A stretch of 62,929 nt of DNA, counting the filler, from Octopus bimaculoides (Eukaryota): assembly GCF_001194135.2 (NCBI RefSeq). It is 7 parts of 7 records of this genome, joined end to end, with 100 filler letters (N's around TTAATTAATTAA, not from the genome) between each part and the next. Parts side by side here need not be neighbours in the genome. Positions count along the whole stretch, not along the records: positions 7,559 to 15,251 come from NC_069006.1; positions 15,352 to 26,644 come from NC_068998.1; positions 26,745 to 40,418 come from NC_068996.1; 4 more parts are not named here. One strand, given 5' to 3'. The notes under the pieces were generated by a model. It was given only the letters and a program-made list of their open reading frames with translations, was not told where the DNA came from and searched no databases. Shown piece after piece: positions 13,894 through 27,316 of the stretch; within the stretch, counting starts at the first letter, position 1, and every line of letters begins with the position of its first letter. A program made the translations under genes and the position numbers.

Positions 13894-14795
13894 AAGGCAG
13901 TGAGCTGGCAGAATCGTTAGCATGCCAGGTAAAATGCTTTGTGGCATTTTGTCTGCCCTTAGGTTCTGAGTTCAAATTCGGCTGAGGTCAACTTTGCCTT
14001 TCATCCTTTCAGGATCGATGAAATAAGTACTAGTTATGCACTGGGGTTGATGCAATCGACCTTCCCCCCCATTCCAAATTTCAGGCCTTGTACCTTTTGT
14101 AGAAAGTATTATTATTATTATTCTCATTATCATTAGCATTTCTTGTGTCTTTACATCCTGAGTTCAAATTCTGCTGAGGTCAAGTTTGCCTTTCATCCTT
14201 TCAAGGTTGGTTAAAAAAAAGTACCATTTGAATACTGAGGTTGATGTAATCTTCTAGTCCCTGCCCCACGATATTTCAGGCCTTGTGCCTATAGTATAAA
14301 GGAATGTTGTTATTAGTATGGCAAGCTGACAGAATTGCTCGCATGTCACACAAAATACTTAGTCACATTTCTTTTGGCACTCTACATTCTGAATTCAGAT
14401 GCTGCCAAGGTTGACTTAGCCTTTCATCCTTTCAGGTTGATAAAATATGTACCAGTTTATCACTGAGGTCGTTGTAATCGACTAGCCTCCAACCCCCAAA
14501 TTTCAGGCCTTGTGCACATATTACAAAGGATTGTTATTATCATTATCATTTAAGGCGGCAAGATCGCAATATTGTTAGCACGCCAGGCAAGATGCTTAGC
14601 AGCATTTCGTCTGTCTTTATGTTCTGAGTTTGAATTCCACCAAAGTCAACTTTGCCTTTCATCCTTTTTGGGGTCGATGAAATTAGTACCAGTTGAGCAC
14701 TGGAATTGATGTAATTGACTTCCCCAACTCCCTTGAAATTGCTGGCCTTGTGCCAGATTTTGAAATCATTATTATTGTTATTATTATTATTATTA
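13894..14795 (+). mobile_element. Head-to-tail array of four SINE family A copies
   Basis: Four consecutive GCCTTTCATCCTTT...GGCCTTGTG units start at ~13894, 14135, 14316 and 14552, separated by (ATT)n-like tails. Confidence 0.9.
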
Positions 14796-15092
14796 TCTAT
14801 ATTTCAGTTGTTACTCTGAGTGCAATAGCTGAAGACCATACCTTTTTCTCATTCCTTTTCCTTCAGTTATTTAAGACAAAAGGATACAAATTCCTGCTAA
14901 ATTTCAGTCCATCTATTTACTGATTATCCATATATATTGGCACATTATATTTACATTCCCAAAATTTGCTCTGCAATTAATTATCCAGTGTATGAGGTAT
15001 TAAAAATAAAAACACACACACACACAACAAAAAAAAAAAGACAAAGCATAAAACAAACAATTGGAATACTTTAAGAAAATATATGCATATAT

Positions 15093-15248
15093 ATCATCAT
15101 CATCATCATCGTTTAACGTCCGCTTTCCATGCTAGCATGGGTTGGACGATTTGACTGAGGACTGGTGAAACCGGATGGGAACACCAGGCTCCAGTCTGAT
15201 TTGGCAGAGTTTCTACAGCTGGATGCCCTTCCTAACGCCAACCACTCA
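15093..15248 (-). mobile_element. RTE LINE 3' terminus with (GAT)n tail
   Basis: Near-identical to 38687-38840, the 3' end of the RT-encoding element. It is cut by a gap. Confidence 0.85.
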
Positions 15249-15425
15249 TATNNNNNNNNNNNNNNNNNNNNNNNNNNNNNNNNNNNNNNNNNNNNTTAAT
15301 TAATTAANNNNNNNNNNNNNNNNNNNNNNNNNNNNNNNNNNNNNNNNNNNNAATTAAATAACCGAGTAAAATAAACAGACGTAAATAAAATATAATATCA
15401 GGGCGGAGGCGTAAAAGAAAAAAGA

Positions 15426-15427
<2 letters not shown>

Positions 15428-15462
<35 letters not shown>

Positions 15463-15680
15463 GATATTTGTGGTGGTGGTGGTGGTGGTAGTAGTACTAG
15501 TAGTAGCAGCAGCAGCAGTAGTCATAGTAGTAGTTGTTGGATTTGTTGTAGTAGTAGAAGGAGGAGGGGTGGATAGGCAGAAGAAGAAGAAGAAGAAGAT
15601 GAAGAAGAAGAAGAAGAAGAAGAAGAAGAAGAAGAAAAAGAAGAAGAAGAAGAAGAAGAAGAAGAAGAAGAAGAAGGTGT
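15428..15680. repeat. Compound trinucleotide microsatellite (TTA/GGT/GTA/GCA/GAA)
   Basis: Read directly from the sequence. Confidence 0.95.
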
Positions 15681-16640
15681 AAAGATTAGAGGCGGGAGCG
15701 GCGGTAAAATTTCATTATGGCTTCCTCTTTCTGCTAATGAAGAAATACCTCGTTTCATTGATGCGTTGTGATTTCTCCAGAGTAATAATCGGCGGCGCAA
15801 GAACTGTCTAAGACACAAACAACAACAGAGCAAGGAAAATATAGGTTTTAAATTAAGAAAAATTAAAATGTAAAGGAGCAATTTAGAGAAGAGCGTTTAA
15901 AAGAAGAGAAATGAATGTCTTTGAGAAACAAGACTAGCTGAAGTGTGAAAAAATGATGGAGAAATTAGTAAAATGGTAAATAAAGAGAAATGGAAATTGG
16001 TAAATAGTTTGGAAGAGAAAGACATGGATTAGATTGAAGTATGGAAGGAAATGTGAAGAATTATGCTCAATGATAGGCCCAGGTATGGATAAGTGACTGT
16101 TCAGTTGGAAATCTTACTCTGCAACCATGTGGCTTCGGGTTCATTTCCACGGTGCGGTACCTTGGCCATGTTTCTTGTACTATATCACCTGGGATGACAA
16201 ATGCCTTGTGAGGGAACAAGAGTCCAGGAGCCTTCTTTCTTTGTTGCTATGTTATTAGATTTGTTCTTCATTTCCTCAACCAGCAATATAAAGGACTTCT
16301 GGTTACTAACTATATAAAAACGTTTCGTCCAGATGTAAATTTTGTTCTATTTGATTTTCTGTCTGAATAATGTCTAACAGGAGACATCTGACATTTTTCT
16401 ACTCCATGTACAATTTTGTAACGCCTATTACCAAATGAAATAAGTGTAATGGCGAATAAATAGTACCACCAAATTTTCCAATTTCCTGTTTTGATATAAA
16501 ATAGTTACTCTGCAATCAAATATTTCTCAAGAATCTCCAAGTTTTATGCGTACCTCACACAAATAATAACATCTACATACGGATTTGAAATACTGGAATA
16601 AGCAGATGTGCTTCAAGAGAACACAGTTTGGACTTAAACA

Positions 16641-16684
<44 letters not shown>

Positions 16685-17646
16685 ATATATATATATACAT
16701 ACACACATATATATATATGTGTGTGTGTATATATGATTTTGTGTGAGTGCTTGTGTTTGTTTGTGGCTCATCACCATTAGACAATCACAGTTAGTTTGTT
16801 TACGTCCCAGTAACTTAGCAGTTCGGTAAAAGATACTGATAAATAACAGACTTAAAGATAAGTATTGGAACCGATTCATTTGAATCATTTATGAATAACG
16901 AGAAACAGAAATGAGTTAGAGGCCGGAAGATAGAGTAGAGAAATTATAGTGAAGCGGGAAGAGAAAACAGAAATGAAGAATGGTAAAGAAGAATAGAAAT
17001 TAGTGAGTGGCATGGAAACAAACTGGAAATCAGAAAGAGGGAAGATAGAAAAGACAGGAAAGGAGGAAAGGAGTAAAAATAAATGACATTAATTTCAAAG
17101 TGGAAAGATGACAGAAAGATGGCAGAATCGTAAAGCATAAATATTGGTGAATTTGAAGACCGATAAAGGAAATTAGAAGGTGGTCAGAAAAAAAGCAACA
17201 AGAGAAGATGGGTGTTGCAATGAAAAAAAAAACAGAAATTACAGAGGGGTAAGAAAGATGAGATAAATAGAAGAAAACAAAGATGAGGGTAAGGAAGAAA
17301 CTAGAGTCTGGTGAATAGGGAAAGAGGAAATAAAAATTGTTGAGTGGTCAGGAAAAAACAGAAATCAGTGAAAAGTGAAAAACTAGAAAAAAATAGTAGA
17401 AACACTTTTTAAAGGAAATTAAGGAGTAGCAAGGAACACAAGTGAGAAGAACCTTTTGGAAATAAGGCACAACACAGAAGAGTATTTAAGGTAATCATAT
17501 TTTAGCAAACGGTAAGATAAAAAAAGAAAAAGCAAAAAGCCGAAATACACCTGGCGTAATCACTAGTCGTTGCTGTTGTTATTTCTAGCATGTTGAGCGA
17601 CCACCTGGAGGTTTTGTTGTTAGCTCGTGTGTATGTGTGTGCGCAT

Positions 17647-17685
<39 letters not shown>

Positions 17686-17839
17686 CGTGTGTGCGTGTAT
17701 TAATTGATGTGATAATATTGTAGTCATCTTCACACCTAAACATTAATTAACATTCGATAATTGCTTCACTGTAGCATGCTGTCTGTGGCTTCCATATCTG
17801 TTCATTTCTGTTTGCTCTCTTCTTTTTATCTATATCCTT

Positions 17840-18160
17840 CTGTCTGCCTGCCTGCTTGCCTGTCTATTCGTCCGTCTGTCTGTCTGTTTGGCTGGCTGCC
17901 TGTCTGTTTGTCTGTCTGTCTGTACGTCAGTCCACCTGTCTGCTTATCTGTCAGCCTGTCTATCTGCCTGTCAATCTGCCTGCCTGCCTGTCTCTTTGTC
18001 TATCTGACCGTTCGTCTGTCTATCTATCCGTCTGTCTGTATGTCCGTCTGTTTGTCTGTCTATCTGTGTGTCTGTCTGCCTATCTGTCTATCTGTCTATC
18101 TGTCTATCTGTCTATCTTTCTGTCTGTGCTCCTCCCCCTCTCTCCTTCTCTCTCTGTCTC
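17840..18160. repeat. Degenerate (TCTG/TCTA/CCTG)n tetranucleotide satellite
   Basis: Read directly from the sequence. It abuts a SINE B head. Confidence 0.9.
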
Positions 18161-18163
18161 ATA

Positions 18164-18516
18164 GGAGTGGTTGTGTGGTAAGTAGCTTGCTTACCAACCA
18201 CATCGTTCCGGGTTCAGTCCCACTGCTTGGCACCTTGGGCAAGTGTCTTCTACTATAGCCTTGGGCCGACCAAAGCCTTGTGAGTGGATTTGGTAGACGG
18301 AAGCTGAAAGAAGCCCGTCGTATATATGTTTGCGTCCCCACCATCGCTTGACAACCGATGCTGGTGTGTTTACGTCCCGTACCTCAACGGTTCGGCAAAA
18401 GATAAAAACCGATAGAATAAGAACTAGGATTACAAAGAATAAGTCCTGGGGCCGATTTGTTCGACTAAAGGCAGTGCTTCAGCATGGCCTTAGTCAAATG
18501 ACTGAAACAAATAAAA

Positions 18517-18520
<4 letters not shown>
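18164..18520 (+). mobile_element. SINE family B, full-length copy
   Basis: tRNA-like head GGAGTGGTTGTGTGGTAAG...GGGTTCAGTCCC, then ACCTTGGGCAAGTG, an internal (TA)/(TG) tract and a 3' GTCAAATGACTGAAACAA end. Several homologues occur in the window. Confidence 0.9.
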
Positions 18521-18573
<53 letters not shown>

Positions 18574-19382
18574 CATAAGGATAAACATATTAAAAGGGGT
18601 CAGTGGAAAAACTCATTGAAATTAAAGGGTTGGAAGCCACTGTGAAGTGGTTGGGAACCACTGAAATATATAGTCTTTTTGTGCCCTTTTTGCAGATATT
18701 ATCAGGTGGAACGTTGAAGTCCAAAATAGCCCGACTAATATTGTCCAATGCATGTCTAACTTATCTAAGTCTCCCTATTATAGCGGAAGCTGATCGGTTG
18801 ATATCGAAAAACAAAGATAATATTTAGGGATTGTCTCTGTCAGGCAAGTGATTTGGCCTGAGACTGTCATGGAACTGAAGAAATTACAACGTTCCACCTG
18901 AAAAGACGTTTACTTTTTTCCTTTACGATTAGATCATGCCACGCGTCACTATAACGTAGTCTAAACGTACCCTGGTATAAACGATTCGTATAGTATTTGC
19001 CCAGCAACAGTTTAAAGGTATAGAGGTCTTTCCATCAAACTCATTTAATATACGATAATGTTAAATAACACCAGGCAATTTGAGGCAAAACTGTAGATTC
19101 CAAATATGTGATTACGGTCGACGTTTGATAACTGTAAAAGGAATAGTTTTTCAACTCGATGTAAACATCATTGCAATAAAATTGTTATGTTTAACACAGA
19201 AATTTTTACTGGTTGATAATCATAAACGGTTTTTATGTTCCAATTTCCATAATCAAAAGAAGTCGGCAACGAGAAACACTGAGGGGCGATATATAATGAT
19301 TGAACTTTTAATGAATTCTGCATACATACACACATGCATACAAACATACATACATACATACATACATACATACTGACACACA

Positions 19383-19416
<34 letters not shown>

Positions 19417-19508
19417 GTATATACACATATACACACTCTATCTATCTATCTATCTATCCATCTATCTATGTATCTATTTATCTATCTGTCTATACACACA
19501 CATACACA

Positions 19509-19542
<34 letters not shown>

Positions 19543-20628
19543 NNNNNNNNNNNNNNNNNNNNNNNNNNNNNNNNNNNNNNNNNNNNNNNNNNNNNNNNNN
19601 NNNNNNNNNNNNNNNNNNNNNNNNNNNNNNNNNNNNNNNNNNNNNNNNNNNNNNNNNNNNNNNNNNNNNNNNNNNNNNNNNNNNNNNNNNNNNNNNNNNN
19701 NNNNNNNNNNNNNNNNNNNNNNNNNNNNNNNNNNNNNNNNNNNNNNNNNNNNNNNNNNNNNNNNNNNNNNNNNNNNNNNNNNNNNNNNNNNNNNNNNNNN
19801 NNNNNNNNNNNNNNNNNNNNNNNNNNNNNNNNNNNNNNNNNNNNNNNNNNNNNNNNNNNNNNNNNNNNNNNNNNNNNNNNNNNNNNNNNNNNNNNNNNNN
19901 NNNNNNNNNNNNNNNNNNNNNNNNNNNNNNNNNNNNNNNNNNNNNNNNNNNNNNNNNNNNNNNNNNNNNNNNNNNNNNNNNNNNNNNNNNNNNNNNNNNN
20001 NNNNNNNNNNNNNNNNNNNNNNNNNNNNNNNNNNNNNNNNNNNNNNNNNNNNNNNNNNNNNNNNNNNNNNNNNNNNNNNNNNNNNNNNNNNNNNNNNNNN
20101 NNNNNNNNNNNNNNNNNNNNNNNNNNNNNNNNNNNNNNNNNNNNNNNNNNNNNNNNNNNNNNNNNNNNNNNNNNNNNNNNNNNNNNNNNNNNNNNNNNNN
20201 NNNNNNNNNNNNNNNNNNNNNNNNNNNNNNNNNNNNNNNNNNNNNNNNNNNNNNNNNNNNNNNNNNNNNNNNNNNNNNNNNNNNNNNNNNNNNNNNNNNN
20301 ATATATATATATATATATATACACGCGCATAATAAACACATATATGTGTGTATGTATACATATGTATATATGAACATAACATGTACAACGGTATAATCAT
20401 TAGCAGTCTTTATACACGATACATCACTCATCCCTCAGCACAAGTCTCAAATACAATTGTTTCCTTTTACAAAGAACATCGACATAGTTTCAATCTCACA
20501 CAGTGCTACTCCACCGGGACCTTACATTCGACTAATTTCATTTAAGCGTTAATTAAAGTTGAAGTTTAAACTGTTTTGCTGTGCAAATATATGTACCTCT
20601 CTCTCTAACAATATGCATATATTGAAGC

Positions 20629-20701
<73 letters not shown>

Positions 20702-21849
20702 GCTGTGACTGTCTGTCAATCTGTTTGTCTGTCTGTCTACCTGCATATCTGCATGTCTGCCTGTATACAGATAGACAAAATATATATATACACACACACA
20801 CATATATATATATATTATACATATATATGCTTAAATATGCGTATATATATATATATATGTATGTATATATATATNNNNNNNNNNNNNNNNNNNNNNNNNN
20901 NNNNNNNNNNNNNNNNNNNNNNNNNNNNNNNNNNNNNNNNNNNNNNNNNNNNNNNNNNNNNNNNNNNNNNNNNNNNNNNNNNNNNNNNNNNNNNNNNNNN
21001 NNNNNNNNNNNNNNNNNNNNNNNNNNNNNNNNNNNNNNNNNNNNNNNNNNNNNNNNNNNNNNNNNNNNNNNNNNNNNNNNNNNNNNNNNNNNNNNNNNNN
21101 NNNNNNNNNNNNNNNNNNNNNNNNNNNNNNNNNNNNNNNNNNNNNNNNNNNNNNNNNNNNNNNNNNNNNNNNNNNNNNNNNNNNNNNNNNNNNNNNNNNN
21201 NNNNNNNNNNNNNNNNNNNNNNNNNNNNNNNNNNNNNNNNNNNNNNNNNNNNNNNNNNNNNNNNNNNNNNNNNNNNNNNNNNNNNNNNNNNNNNNNNNNN
21301 NNNNNNNNNNNNNNNNNNNNNNNNNNNNNNNNNNNNNNNNNNNNNNNNNNNNNNNNNNNNNNNNNNNNNNNNNNNNNNNNNNNNNNNNNNNNNNNNNNNN
21401 NNNNNNNNNNNNNNNNNNNNNNNNNNNNNNNNNNNNNNNNNNNNNNNNNNNNNNNNNNNNNNNNNNNNNNNNNNNNNNNNNNNNNNNNNNNNNNNNNNNN
21501 NNNNNNNNNNNNNNNNNNNNNNNNNNNNNNNNNNNNNNNNNNNNNNNNNNNNNNNNNNNNNNNNNNNNNNNNNNNNNNNNNNNNNNNNNNNNNNNNNNNN
21601 NNNNNNNNNNNNNNNNNNNNNNNNNNNNNNNNNNNNNNNNNNNNNNNNNNNNNNNNNNNNNNNNNNNNNNNNNNNNNNNNNNNNNNNNNNNNNNNNNNNN
21701 NNNNNNNNNNNNNNNNNNNNNNNNNNNNNNNNNNNNNNNNNNNNNNNNNNNNNNNNNNNNNNNNNNNNNNNNNNNNNNNNNNNNNNNNNNNNNNNNNNNN
21801 NNNNNNNNNNNTATATATATATATATATATGCATACATATACACATTTA

Positions 21850-22030
21850 GAACTCTTTCACCACAACTTTTCTCTCACTCTTTCCTCCTGCATCTAGCAG
21901 CTCACCTGTGACGGACCGGCGTCCCGTCCAGGTGGGGGACCTATGCGCGAATGAAACTAGGAATCCGGCCCTCATAAGCCAGGCATGGCTTGAGTAGGAG
22001 CAAACAACAACAACAATAATGATAACAACA
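21850..22030 (+). mobile_element. SINE 3' half sharing an internal block with SINE family C
   Basis: CTCTTTCACCACAACTTTCTCTCACTCTT matches the 49071-49430 element on the minus strand. It continues into a different 3' part and a (CAA)n tail. Confidence 0.65.
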
Positions 22031-22101
22031 ACAACGACAACAATAATAATAGTTAATAATAATAATAATAATAATAACAATAATAATAATTATTAATAAC
22101 A

Positions 22102-22141
<40 letters not shown>

Positions 22142-22518
22142 GTAATAATAATAAGAATCTTTCTACTGTAGGCACATATAAACGTGTATTTATGTATATA
22201 TATGCACATACCCTGTTTGTATATCTATGTATACATACATACCTACATATATGTATGTATGCGTGTATGTATATATATAAATATATATATACGTAATACA
22301 TATGTGTATGTTGTCGTTTGTGTATGCGTGTTGATGTGTGTATGTGCATGTATAAATATGTGTGCGTATTAATAGTGAGTATCACTCTGAATGTGTTTGT
22401 GTGTGTGTATGTGTGTGTGTGTGTGTGTTTGTGACAGTAGAGCATTTTTCTTGAATGCGTAGGCGTTGTTGCGAAACTCGAGTCTATAACCATATACATA
22501 CGTACTCGGAAACACACA

Positions 22519-22569
<51 letters not shown>

Positions 22570-23390
22570 GCACACACACACAAGCACACATATACACATG
22601 CTTATGTCAGACTATGTATTTTCATATACATGTATATATATNNNNNNNNNNNNNNNNNNNNNNNNNNNNNNNNNNNNNNNNNNNNNNNNNNNNNNNNNNN
22701 NNNNNNNNNNNNNNNNNNNNNNNNNNNNNNNNNNNNNNNNNNNNNNNNNNNNNNNNNNNNNNNNNNNNNNNNNNNNNNNNNNNNNNNNNNNNNNNNNNNN
22801 NNNNNNNNNNNNNNNNNNNNNNNNNNNNNNNNNNNNNNNNNNNNNNNNNNNNNNNNNNNNNNNNNNNNNNNNNNNNNNNNNNNNNNNNNNNNNNNNNNNN
22901 NNNNNNNNNNNNNNNNNNNNNNNNNNNNNNNNNNNNNNNNNNNNNNNNNNNNNNNNNNNNNNNNNNNNNNNNNNNNNNNNNNNNNNNNNNNNNNNNNNNN
23001 NNNNNNNNNNNNNNNNNNNNNNNNNNNNNNNNNNNNNNNNNNNNNNNNNNNNNNNNNNNNNNNNNNNNNNNNNNNNNNNNNNNNNNNNNNNNNNNNNNNN
23101 NNNNNNNNNNNNNNNNNNNNNNNNNNNNNNNNNNNNNNNNNNNNNNNNNNNNNNNNNNNNNNNNNNNNNNNNNNNNNNNNNNNNNNNNNNNNNNNNNNNN
23201 NNNNNNNNNNNNNNNNNNNNNNNNNNNNNNNNNNNNNNNNNNNNNNNNNNNNNNNNNCTTTATATTACATTAATCTTAATAAGATTAAGATTAAGATTAA
23301 TGTAATATAAAGCTGAAAAAAAAAATTAACACCAAATATACAGTGCGTGTGTTTTTATTGGCTAAACTGGCAATATGACCATCCCCAAGT

Positions 23391-23433
<43 letters not shown>

Positions 23434-23444
23434 TATGCATATCT

Positions 23445-23475
<31 letters not shown>

Positions 23476-23480
23476 TATAT

Positions 23481-23522
<42 letters not shown>

Positions 23523-25019
23523 CACACACGCAATACATAGATACATACATACATACATACAGACAGACAGACAGACAGACAGACGTAAGAATCGTCAAGT
23601 GCTTCTTTGGCTTGAAAAAAAAAAAAACCGTTGTCTGGAACTTGAATCGCAGTCACAACCAATTCTATAATAAATCTGACCCTTTTTATCTTTGATTCCC
23701 GCCCTGTTAGGAAATATCCTCTTGATACTCTTAATATTGGTTTAAAATAGCAACCGACAAACGAACATTTACAAGTATGCATACACACACACACACACAC
23801 ACACACACAACATATATACACATAGATATTTATACTAACATTAAAAAAGGCGCGCTGAATTGAAACTTCTGTTTCTGCTGCGTTGTTCCAACGCCAGCTG
23901 ATATGTTGGTATCAAACACGATCAGCAGAAATTCACTTCTTGCCCTTCAGTAATTCGTCCCAAACTTATCATTATCGTTTATACTGGGGCCCGAATCACT
24001 TTTTTTCCAATCCTTCAATAGAAGCTGGCCAGATTATGTTCAGATCGTACACCAGATGTGTACGTTCGATATAGCTTGGCTGAGACTCTAGGAATTCTGC
24101 GAATCGGCTATTATAAACTCGTGAACGGACAAAGATTAAACATATTCTGCTCAAGAGTTGCAATCACTTGTCCTATTAAATTTATTTAATAGCTTTTAAT
24201 AGCTTTTAATACCTTTTAAACTGTTAAATAAGATCCTGTTCTTTACTTATCTTCGCTTAATTTCCAACTGATAAACACTATACAGGATAGGAGGAGCTTT
24301 CGTCAGGGTGATTCAAACTAATAGATACGAGTTCTGAATGCTCAAATAGGTGTGCCGTTAAAATTCCAGTTAAACAGCAGTTGAAGTTGTGGTATGTGTT
24401 TGTCTTGTTCAAAACGGCTAGAAGTAGCTTCCACTTGAGTCAATAGGTTGAAGTTCAAGTAGTTAAGTATTTTAACCTACAAACATTGTACATGATACAA
24501 TATGTTATATTTTACTAATCTTAAGTGGATTAACAAATATAAAACAGGCCCTGCCTTAAGTGTGTATTTATTTGAATCTGTTGGAACAATTTAGCTATTT
24601 TCTTTTCTTTATTTATTTCATGTTTTAAATACATATTTACATTGTCTCCAGAAAACTGGAAAATTCAGAAATACTGGACCCTTCCGGTTTCAATCTTGCC
24701 AGATAATTGGTCCTGTAGTGTCAAGTAGTATTCATTTAAGCTCATTGTTTTTGTACAGGAATTATATTTAAACGTTTATTAAATCAAAAGCTGTGCGTAA
24801 ATAACTCTAATTACAGTTATTTAGCTTAATCAATTCATTGTTATTCTTTTGCGCTTGACGCGACTTCGAAGGCAAACAAATGCCATGCATAATAATTTAA
24901 TTACTTTGGTCATTGGATTGCAGCCTTGCCGTGAGGAGAATTATATTTTTTCCTTGTGGGCATATATTGGAGTTTATTCTTCATAGGTAAGAATAAGTAG
25001 AGGTGTTCCAACATTTGTG

Positions 25020-25169
25020 ACTGTGTGCTAAGAAGGTTGGTTCCTAACCGCATGGTCCAGTGTTCAGTCTCACTGCATGGCACCTTCTTATATTATAACC
25101 TCGGGTTGACCAAAGCCATGTGAGTGGATTTGGTAGGAAACTGAAATAAGCTTGTCGTATATGTATATG

Positions 25170-25227
<58 letters not shown>

Positions 25228-25230
25228 CAT
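25020..25230 (+). mobile_element. SINE family B 5' half ending in (TA)n
   Basis: Homologous to 18164-18325 (ACCAAAGCCATGTGAGTGGATTTGGTAG). A further diverged copy follows at ~25405-25680. Confidence 0.7.
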
Positions 25231-25873
25231 GCTTCTGTCATATGACTAGATCGACTTACCTTCATCAGATACCTATTTTCCCTCAAATCCCATCACCCGA
25301 CCTCCATTACATATAAAATAATTGTTTCTCTTTTCATCTACGATTTTGACCAAGTTTGGGGTCGAATCCAAATCTCCTCGTTAGCTAGCCATACAAAAAA
25401 GCACCAGCATGGCTGTGTAGTTAAGACGTACGCTTTGCAACCACCGGGGCTACGGGTTCAGTCTCACTGTGCGCCACTTTAGGCAACGTGCCAATAAGCA
25501 TCTTGTGAGTGAATTTGGTGGACGGAAACTGTTTGGAAGCCCGTCAAACGTGTGTGTCTGTGAGCATTTGTGCGTGTGCTTGTCCACAAGTGTTACACCG
25601 ATCTATTTGAGGCAATGCAACAGCATGACCGCGGCCAAAAACCTGACAGAAATAAAAAATGAAGAAAGAGTTCCTTGTTTAAAAATTTACACACACACGC
25701 GCGCACACACACACACATTCATAAACACCCATACATACATATCATAGTTTCTTTTATCTTTCGGTATTGCTGCCGGATGAGTGCTGCGGCCATGCTGTAG
25801 CAGCACATTTTCCTTAAATCGAGACCTTCTGCTTCTTTCTCCATATGCATAAGTTATATAAAATAATATATTT

Positions 25874-25909
<36 letters not shown>

Positions 25910-25970
25910 ACACACAGATGCGAACATACACACAGCTATATGTTCATGTATATTTATGTGTATGCATACA

Positions 25971-26012
<42 letters not shown>

Positions 26013-26609
26013 NNNNNNNNNNATATATATATATATATATATATATATACATGCATATGTATGTATATATATGTATATGTATATATCTATGTATGTGTAT
26101 CTATAGATACGAATGTATGTTCGCTTGTACGTAAGACTGTAAGAGTGTGTGCTTGTATGTGTCACTTACATACTTAATATACAATGTCTAAACACGCTCA
26201 CAAATCTATACAACACCTATACACCTGAACACATCAAAATGACAATGAGACCAGGGGAACAATTTGTAAAATATTTATTGTTAATTTAATTATCAACTAC
26301 TCTAAAAATTATTTGCGTTAATTACATTTTTATAAATAATTTTACTTTGAATTGAAATTCAAATTAATAATTTAAAACACACAGAAACCATTCCATGAAT
26401 ATTTTTTTTTTGTCACCAAAAGTAATCTTACATTTAAAGGAAAATTACTTGAGAAAAACGTATGTTTATGGCGTGCACACACACACATACACACGAACAC
26501 CCACACAATGCATATGAGTGTAGGTATTTACATATGAAACATAAATATGCGTGCACGTATTTGTACATGTACATATGCGAATATATATACTTATACATGC
26601 ATAAATATG

Positions 26610-26644
<35 letters not shown>

Positions 26645-26744
26645 NNNNNNNNNNNNNNNNNNNNNNNNNNNNNNNNNNNNNNNNNNNNTTAATTAATTAA
26701 NNNNNNNNNNNNNNNNNNNNNNNNNNNNNNNNNNNNNNNNNNNN

Positions 26745-26986
26745 CAAAATCTTTTTTACAGTTTCTAGAAGACTGAAATTTTGGAATATGCGCATAAAGA
26801 TCAATAGTATGGGATACATGTCTCTTGATTAGAATTTTTTTAGGGTGTGTAAAGAGGGAAAGAACCCTCATGTGCAATGTTGATGAAATTCGAATCATAT
26901 GTATTCCAGTTCCTTACAGAAAATATAAAAGAAAAATCTCATTTTTCAATTGCATGTAACACGGGCAACGCCGGGTATCTCTGCTA

Positions 26987-26987
<1 letters not shown>
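26745..26987 (+). mobile_element. Helitron 3' end (non-autonomous)
   Basis: The GC-rich subterminal motif CGGGCAACGCCGGG (26962-26975) is followed by CTAG (26984-26987) and then T, the typical Helitron 3' signature. The 5' end is lost in a gap. Confidence 0.65.
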
Positions 26988-27018
<31 letters not shown>

Positions 27019-27316
27019 CAGGAATGAGAAATTGCTTTGATGAACCTGTATCTCAGGAACTGAATAAGTCACATTGACAAATCGCCCCAAGGTATTACTG
27101 AATTAAAACTGTTCAGTAATCAAAAATGTGTATTTGACGAAATGTTAAAATTTCTTACACACACGTAAATAATATTTTGATCACTGTAATTTTAAAAATT
27201 AATGAATAATATGCGAAATAAGGGATAATGCTGCCGGAGATAGTTTAAATATACTTCAGCTATATCATTAATCCTTGTGGAAATGAAAAATAATTTTTGA
27301 AGAGATTAAAGGATAC

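Noticed and set aside
13894-14795. Regularly repeated units that superficially resemble a CRISPR array
   Set aside because: The units are ~200-bp SINE copies with A/B boxes in a eukaryotic locus. There are no constant short repeats with unique spacers and no cas genes.
15461-15881. Poly-K, poly-S, poly-V and poly-M ORFs, also 48012-48366 and 51577-52184
   Set aside because: Trinucleotide microsatellites with no unique coding content.
19334-23310. Long ORFs (200-430 aa) in the track that span N runs, here and at 38.7-40.2, 41.0-42.0 and 54.0-56.4 kb
   Set aside because: They are open only because N codons cannot be stops. The flanking residues are microsatellite translations.
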